Of a stretch of 61,917 nucleotides of DNA, positions 56,291 to 61,917 are shown piece by piece. A program made the translations under genes and the position numbers. Source of the DNA: Candidatus Sumerlaeaceae bacterium (GTDB taxonomy: Bacteria > Sumerlaeota > Sumerlaeia > Sumerlaeales > Sumerlaeaceae); contig JBPCLP010000046.1 in NCBI GenBank assembly GCA_051003195.1, positions 1-61,917 of the forward strand, in the 5' to 3' direction. Under the pieces are notes generated by a model. It was not told the DNA's origin and searched no databases. It saw only the letters and a list, made by a program, of their open reading frames with translations. Positions within the stretch are counted from its first letter, which is position 1. Each line of letters begins with the position of its first letter.

Positions 56291-58369
56291 ATGAACTTCT
56301 TGGACAGCACTCTAGTTTTCACGCGAAGGAGATCAAACTTGGTCGGATTGCGTACGTATCGCACCTGCGCGGCAGCAGTTCTACTCCTGCTCATCAGCGT
56401 CGCAGCTGCCGACACAGCACGCTCCCGCCAGCAGGTGCCGGTCACCTTCCACAAAATCACGGTAGTCGATGAAAGTACGAGCCGCGGCATCCCATGCATC
56501 AGCCTTACGACATCGGACTCGCGGCGGTATTATACCGACAGCGCGGGCGTTGTAGCGCTGTTCGATCGGGATCTTTTCGGAACCCAGACATTCTTCACAA
56601 TTGAAGGCTACGGCTATCTGTTTCCGGCCAACTGGCTGGGCCAGCATGGACGCACGGTAGAGATTGTTCCCGGCGGTGAGACCACGCTCACGATGCAGCG
56701 CATCAACATTGCGGAGCGGCTCTATCGTGTCACCGGCAGCGGAATTTATCGTGACAGCGTGCTGCTGGGCGAAAGCGTTCCTCCGACCCAGGATGAGACG
56801 ACCAACCCGGTGACCGGTATGGACAGCGTTCAGTCCATCCCCTACCGCGGCAAGATGTACTGGTTCTGGGGGGACACCTCCGTGGCATCGAACCCGCTCG
56901 GCAATTTTCGCACGACCGGCGCCACGTCGGAACTACCGGCGAATGGCGGCCTGGATCCCGACGTGGGCGTCTCGCTTACGTTCTTCCGGTCGGGAGGTTC
57001 CGTGCGGCCCATGTTCGAGGACAAGCATAAGCCGATCTGGGTGGGCGGACTTCGCGTTCTGGGTGCACAAGACGGCAGGGAACGCCTGTTTACGAACTAC
57101 GTGAAGGTCGACAACAGCATGAGGCGCCTGGAGGCCGGCCTGGCGGAGTTTGATGATAATGCCGGCGGGTTCAAAATCACTTACGTCTATCCTGAGAATG
57201 CGAACTGCGAGCCGGGCGGCCACGCGTTTCGGCTCGAGGAGAACGGCACCGACTGGATCTACTACGCTGATCCGTTCCCGTGCATGCGCCACGCCGCGGC
57301 TTACGAATCGCTGACAGACATCAAATCGCTCGAAGCGTTTACATGCGTGAAGGAGGATACGCGCTACACGGGCAAGGACGACGAACTTGATCGTGACCCG
57401 CAGGGCAAACTGCGCTGGGGCTGGAAGAAATACGCTACGCCAGCAGATGCCAGTGTGATGAAGAAGATGATCCAGAACGGGCACTTAGGGGCCGAGGATG
57501 CATGGTTCAGCGTGAGAGACACGGATACGACAGCGACCGTGCAGCCGCATTCTGGCTCCGTGTATTACAATGAGTTCCGCAAGCGCTGGATATCGATTCG
57601 TTCGGAAGTCATGAGCAATGCTTCCCTGCTGGGAGAGGTGTGGTACTTTGAAGGAGACACGCCGCTGGGGCCATGGGTATTTGGACAAAAGATCGTGACG
57701 CACAGGCTGGGCCAGGACAAGATCAACCAGGTAAACTGGGGCAGCCACAAGGCGGAAACCTATAGTTTTTATAATCCAATGCAGCATCCCGAATTCGACA
57801 AAGAAGGCGGGCAGATTATCTACTTTGAGGGAACGTACACCGCGGGGTTCACGGGCAATGTCGTGTTTACGCCGGGCTACAATTACAATCAGATCATGTA
57901 CAAGCTGGACCTGGACGACGAACGGCTGCGCGTGCCTGTGCCGATCTACAAAGTGGGTTCGAACCGCGCTCGTTATTCTAGCAAACGGGATATATCCGCG
58001 GGGGATATGAACGTCCATTTGGCGTTTTTCGCGCCCGATCGGCAGCGGCCAGGAACTGTCCCCATATTCGCAAACGGAGTCGGCGATCTAACCCGCTTAA
58101 GCCTCTCCGCAGCGCAAGGACACCCTTCCGTCCCCGCGTTTTATGCGGTACCGCCTGACCAGAAACCGGCGAAGGAATCCCCACTCACGCCGTTATACGA
58201 GTTCCGCAAAGCGGACGGCACGTACGAGTACGCTGCGAGCGAATCGCCGGCGCAACCCGGTATGTCGCGCTCCGAAGCGCCGCTATGCTTCGTTTGGCCA
58301 AACGTGCTTCAGATCGATCCGTCCGCAATTCATCATGCGAACGAACACACACCCGGTTCGGGGCCTTAA
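56291..58369 (+). CDS. Large secreted hypothetical protein
   Basis: Long ORF with signal-like segment; AERLYRVTG, YWFWGDT, YFEGTYT, YNYNQIMY. Confidence 0.75.
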   Translation: MNFLDSTLVFTRRRSNLVGLRTYRTCAAAVLLLLISVAAADTARSRQQVPVTFHKITVVDESTSRGIPCISLTTSDSRRYYTDSAGVVALFDRDLFGTQTFFTIEGYGYLFPANWLGQHGRTVEIVPGGETTLTMQRINIAERLYRVTGSGIYRDSVLLGESVPPTQDETTNPVTGMDSVQSIPYRGKMYWFWGDTSVASNPLGNFRTTGATSELPANGGLDPDVGVSLTFFRSGGSVRPMFEDKHKPIWVGGLRVLGAQDGRERLFTNYVKVDNSMRRLEAGLAEFDDNAGGFKITYVYPENANCEPGGHAFRLEENGTDWIYYADPFPCMRHAAAYESLTDIKSLEAFTCVKEDTRYTGKDDELDRDPQGKLRWGWKKYATPADASVMKKMIQNGHLGAEDAWFSVRDTDTTATVQPHSGSVYYNEFRKRWISIRSEVMSNASLLGEVWYFEGDTPLGPWVFGQKIVTHRLGQDKINQVNWGSHKAETYSFYNPMQHPEFDKEGGQIIYFEGTYTAGFTGNVVFTPGYNYNQIMYKLDLDDERLRVPVPIYKVGSNRARYSSKRDISAGDMNVHLAFFAPDRQRPGTVPIFANGVGDLTRLSLSAAQGHPSVPAFYAVPPDQKPAKESPLTPLYEFRKADGTYEYAASESPAQPGMSRSEAPLCFVWPNVLQIDPSAIHHANEHTPGSGP

Positions 58370-58484
58370 AACAACTTCCAGTACCTGCTGATCGTCGGCG
58401 CCGATAACATGAAGACCTCCGTCACCGCACCGTCGAATGTACCGCACTTAGTCCGCGTTCCTTAACGTCCAGCCGACAAGAAAT

Positions 58485-59354
58485 CTACTGCGCGTAATAT
58501 GAAGCGGCCAGCAATTCTTCGAGTTGCTCTTTTACCCGTGGGTCCTTCTCGGCGATGAAAGCCTCCCTGAGAAACGGCTGGTTAGCGGGGCTCGCAATCT
58601 GAAGAGCAGCGGCGGCTTCGGCTTTCGTATCCGCATCGATACCTGCCTGGAAATCCAATTTTAGCCGGTCACTGATAAGCCGCGTCTGCTCGAGAGAGAC
58701 GACATTACCAGTTTTCGAGTTCAGGCGCAACAGGCAGGCCGCGGCGACTACTCGCTCAGCAGGATCGGCCAGCGCATCATTGGAGATTTGCCGCAATGCC
58801 TCCGCGGCGTCACGGGTTTGGATTCGCCCCAGCGCTTTGATAATCGCATTTCGAACCACCAGTTCTTCTTCGCTGACGAAATGAATCTGCAGAGCTTGAA
58901 CAGCGTCGCTGCCTGCTGCTTTAAGCGACGCCAAAGGCAACGCATGAAACAGCGCAGCTTTCGTTTTCGGAAATGTTTCCGACTCCACCAGGTCGAGCAC
59001 ATCCCAGACAGTTCCGGAAGTCTCAAGAGTGCTGAATTCGCCGGCCAGATATGCGCGCTGTTCCGGGTCTCGTTCACTGCGGAATTTCGCCACCAGTTCT
59101 GAAGATGTGACCGGCATCTTCGTGCTGAATCTTTGTCCGTGACTCCGCTGCGGTGGGTGGACTGCAGATGCCGTGCCGCGCTTTTTTCGCGAGCCAGCCT
59201 CTGCCTGGGTAACGGGTGCTGCGACTGCCCGGTGCTCCAGTGCAGCGGTGCTCTTTGTCGCAGTCGAAGGGGAAAACTGCAGCAGGGCGATCACGAGCGC
59301 CGCTCCTGCTGAAGCTGCCCATACGTACTTATATTTTGCACCAGCGAATCGCAT
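58485..59354 (-). CDS. HEAT-repeat protein with N-terminal membrane anchor
   Basis: VRNAIIKALG and ERVVAAACL HEAT-like helices. Confidence 0.65.
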   Translation of the reverse strand: MRFAGAKYKYVWAASAGAALVIALLQFSPSTATKSTAALEHRAVAAPVTQAEAGSRKKRGTASAVHPPQRSHGQRFSTKMPVTSSELVAKFRSERDPEQRAYLAGEFSTLETSGTVWDVLDLVESETFPKTKAALFHALPLASLKAAGSDAVQALQIHFVSEEELVVRNAIIKALGRIQTRDAAEALRQISNDALADPAERVVAAACLLRLNSKTGNVVSLEQTRLISDRLKLDFQAGIDADTKAEAAAALQIASPANQPFLREAFIAEKDPRVKEQLEELLAASYYAQ

Positions 59355-59415
59355 CAGCCCGACGATGCAATTGCACTATAGCGTGATTTGTGCACGTCCA
59401 TCCAGACCTATGCCG

Positions 59416-61590
59416 TTAGTACCAGAGTTCCAGGTAAGGACGATTCGAAGCGGCTTCCCGCGTGTTGAGTGTGGCATGACGATTATCGTCGGCCGTGTCA
59501 CTGCTATAGCGCAGTTCACGCGCGAGGGCGAAAGTCACTACCCGGTCGGCCAGTTGCCTGTTAACGAAATCCGTTACTTCCACGCGTCCTGTTTTTGCAA
59601 CATCATCAAAGGTCATGTGCCCCAATGGCGAAGCGGTGCCCGGGATATCGGTAATTCGGCTCGCGGTAGCATGCAGGTTCGGGGCGTTGTTCCACGTGAT
59701 CGTGTTTTCGGCCCAGTTATCGTTGTTCAGCCCGTACGCGTGGAATTGAAAATCTTCGCTGTCCATCACATTGCTGCCGTAGCAGCGAAGGATGGCCCGC
59801 TTTACCGGCACCCCCGTCGGAACGGCACCGCTCAAGGTGAACTTCAGGTAGCTGGCGCGGTCCAGGTCGTGAGAAGAACTGCGCTTCACGCGCATCGCTG
59901 TGTCTGCACCAAAGTTTAAATTGCCGGAAGTGCCGCCCTGTACCTGGGCGTCGGCAATGGGAGTAATCTTGATCTCTGTGAGTACCGGGCCTTTGGGAAC
60001 CGTTAACAGCCAGACGCTTTCCTGTGGCTGGGTCAGCGTGAAGGACTTTGTACTCGGCATGGTCACCAGCGAAACGACCTCGCCCTGACGGCCGTCACTT
60101 ACTTCTTCCACACTCATGATCGTGTTCGTATAAATGTCGAGCCCACTCATGTTGAATGCGGTGCTGCAGCTTTCGGCCGAGGCACTATTAATTGCGAGCA
60201 CATAATAGCAGTTACGTGAGGAGTCGTACGCCGTATAAGCGTTGTAGGCACTATTGCTGGAGCTCGTACTTGTCTTGTAGCGGTTGCGCTGATCGCGAAA
60301 GCCCTTCCCGACGAACTTTACCACGTCCGCCGCTTTGCGTGCACCCAGCGTATCGTAGGCGCTATCGTGTTCGGTGTAGTGGAAACCGGTAGGCATCGGG
60401 CCGTAATCCACTCCGCCGGCTTCGCGCCAGGTGTTTGAGAACTTAAAGCCAATCATGCCGTATACGCTTTGCAGCATCGATTTGCCGAAGATGAGTGCGA
60501 TGTCCGTGAACACATAGGGCGTGTTTAACGTGACATCGGCGTGGTTCACCTCCCAGTCGGTGGACGAGTAACGATTAAATTCCGTATAGAATACCGGGAG
60601 CGCGACACCTGTCGGCGTGTACGACTTCATCTTGCTGTTAATCATGGCAATTTCATCATAGAAATCGCCGCCCAGCTTCCCGTATTTATGAGTGGAGAAA
60701 ATGTTGAACACATCATATGTCACGCTGTTGCCCCGATAGTCGGTCCGGAGAAAGGAGAGGGTGCGCTGCCCCCATCCATACACGTCGTCGCGGGGATCAG
60801 AGTCAGGATCTGCATCCATATGGTAATTGCCGCGACTATCGGCGCTGTGGGTGATAGTTGGGGCGAGCACCTGCGCGGTTAAAGATTTGCCATAGATGCG
60901 GTTCACATCGGACGTTGCGCTGCGAATGGCGTCGCCCGCGTAGCGCATCCAGCGCGTGTAGCTGAGTTGGCTCGGGCCGTCGATGGGATCCAGGTCCGGC
61001 TCGTTAAAGGTTTCGTAAAGCGTAACATTATAATTCCGTGCAAAGTGAAATGCGAGCGCGTAGTAATACTGCCAGTGCTCCCACTTTTCGGCCCAGTCAT
61101 TCTCATCGCTCCAGCCGGTGCGATGAACGACCATCAGGGGCGTCACGTTCAACCGGTTGAGTTCACCCAGAGCGTAGTTGATGTTGCAGCGGTTCACGCC
61201 TCCAGCCATTGTAGAGTTCGCAAATCGATAATTAAAATAACTCCAGTCGATATAAGCAGGATTCAGCGGGTCGGCGCGAAGCGCAGTTTTGCGCGATTCG
61301 AAACTGGTGGAATCGGTAACGCCGTCGCCCTTGCCCGCAATGTCGTCCTCGGGTTCGAAATAGCTGGGGTTAGCCCACACGCGGAGACAATTTGCTCCGG
61401 AGCGCTCGAGCCATCCCGATGTGCTGCTTCCCGGCATGTAGTGCCCGAAATTATACCCGATGTATTTGGGTGTTTTGCCTGCAACAATATTTTCCACCGT
61501 TACACTGGCCGTTGCGCCGAAAACACTGATGGGAAAAAGCCCAGCTGTAGTGCAGAGAACGAGCCGGGAAAGTAGTACGGGAAAACGCAT
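59416..61590 (-). CDS. Secreted clan-A-like glycoside hydrolase with C-terminal CBM96/DNRLRE-like domain
   Basis: ETFNEPD acid/base and FYTEFN nucleophile-like motifs; PIADAQV..NFG, SYLKF, WAENTITWNNAP, TREA..RPYL. Confidence 0.78.
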   Translation of the reverse strand: MRFPVLLSRLVLCTTAGLFPISVFGATASVTVENIVAGKTPKYIGYNFGHYMPGSSTSGWLERSGANCLRVWANPSYFEPEDDIAGKGDGVTDSTSFESRKTALRADPLNPAYIDWSYFNYRFANSTMAGGVNRCNINYALGELNRLNVTPLMVVHRTGWSDENDWAEKWEHWQYYYALAFHFARNYNVTLYETFNEPDLDPIDGPSQLSYTRWMRYAGDAIRSATSDVNRIYGKSLTAQVLAPTITHSADSRGNYHMDADPDSDPRDDVYGWGQRTLSFLRTDYRGNSVTYDVFNIFSTHKYGKLGGDFYDEIAMINSKMKSYTPTGVALPVFYTEFNRYSSTDWEVNHADVTLNTPYVFTDIALIFGKSMLQSVYGMIGFKFSNTWREAGGVDYGPMPTGFHYTEHDSAYDTLGARKAADVVKFVGKGFRDQRNRYKTSTSSSNSAYNAYTAYDSSRNCYYVLAINSASAESCSTAFNMSGLDIYTNTIMSVEEVSDGRQGEVVSLVTMPSTKSFTLTQPQESVWLLTVPKGPVLTEIKITPIADAQVQGGTSGNLNFGADTAMRVKRSSSHDLDRASYLKFTLSGAVPTGVPVKRAILRCYGSNVMDSEDFQFHAYGLNNDNWAENTITWNNAPNLHATASRITDIPGTASPLGHMTFDDVAKTGRVEVTDFVNRQLADRVVTFALARELRYSSDTADDNRHATLNTREAASNRPYLELWY

Positions 61591-61796
61591 GAGGGGGCTC
61601 CTGTTTAAAAGAAGGCGTTGCCCTTACCTCGAACCCTGCCGTGGCGGCAGCAGTTGTGTAGAAGGCCCCGGCGACAACGGAATCCCGCGCCCACCCAGGA
61701 ATAGAAGCCCTCGCGATATAGTTTGGATATGCAACAAGAAAAAACAAACCGGGTTGCTGGACCGGATCGCCGCCCTCTGCATTGCGTGAGCTAGAA

Positions 61797-61917
61797 GCTG
61801 TTTCAAAACCTCGACCCCTACGGTTGTGGCAGGGGCTTCCAGCCCCTGATTCATTGATGATCATGGGCAAGATGCCCATGCAACGACCATGGATCGCGCT
61901 ACCAACTGGGTTTTGAA
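61797..61917. repeat. REP-doublet (REPIN)/MITE-like element
   Basis: Outer IR ttcaaaacc(61802-61810)/ggttttgaa(61909-61917); inner hairpins caggggct-tcc-agcccctg and catgggca-aga-tgcccatg. Confidence 0.65.

Overview
A bacterial accessory (genomic-island-like) region with no rRNA, intact tRNA, CRISPR array or integrase. The GspG/pilin-like protein family and secreted proteins ending in an 'AAxD(W/S)xxYE' tail suggest Candidatus Sumerlaeota (BRC1); this is recollection, not verified. The window opens with the end of an IS3-family element inserted into a gene. The most striking structure is nine same-strand copies of a tRNA 3'-end-like core (consensus GGTTCG-N7-TACCGGGTACCA, tRNA-Leu-like) between 1.2 and 37.3 kb. 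The cores carry a few conserved left and right arms that are shuffled exactly at the core. They delimit unrelated cargo modules, mostly 1-7 kb: a stand-alone LigA adenylation domain, an 18-kb block containing a glycosylation/pilin locus, a possible orphan DGR target, an M14 peptidase, an alpha/beta hydrolase, PhyH plus a sugar ABC transporter, an FGE-domain protein, and a WD40 lipoprotein with a LuxR regulator. This looks like an integrase-less, tRNA-anchored cassette accretion array. Further right are a degenerate solitary integron cassette, a ThuA/Gfo-Idh-MocA oxidoreductase operon, a hybrid kinase with five 426-bp PAS repeats, peptidoglycan enzymes, a MazF-RHH toxin-antitoxin pair, a P450, glycoside hydrolases and a REP/MITE-like element. 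All alignments and family calls were made by eye, without database searches.
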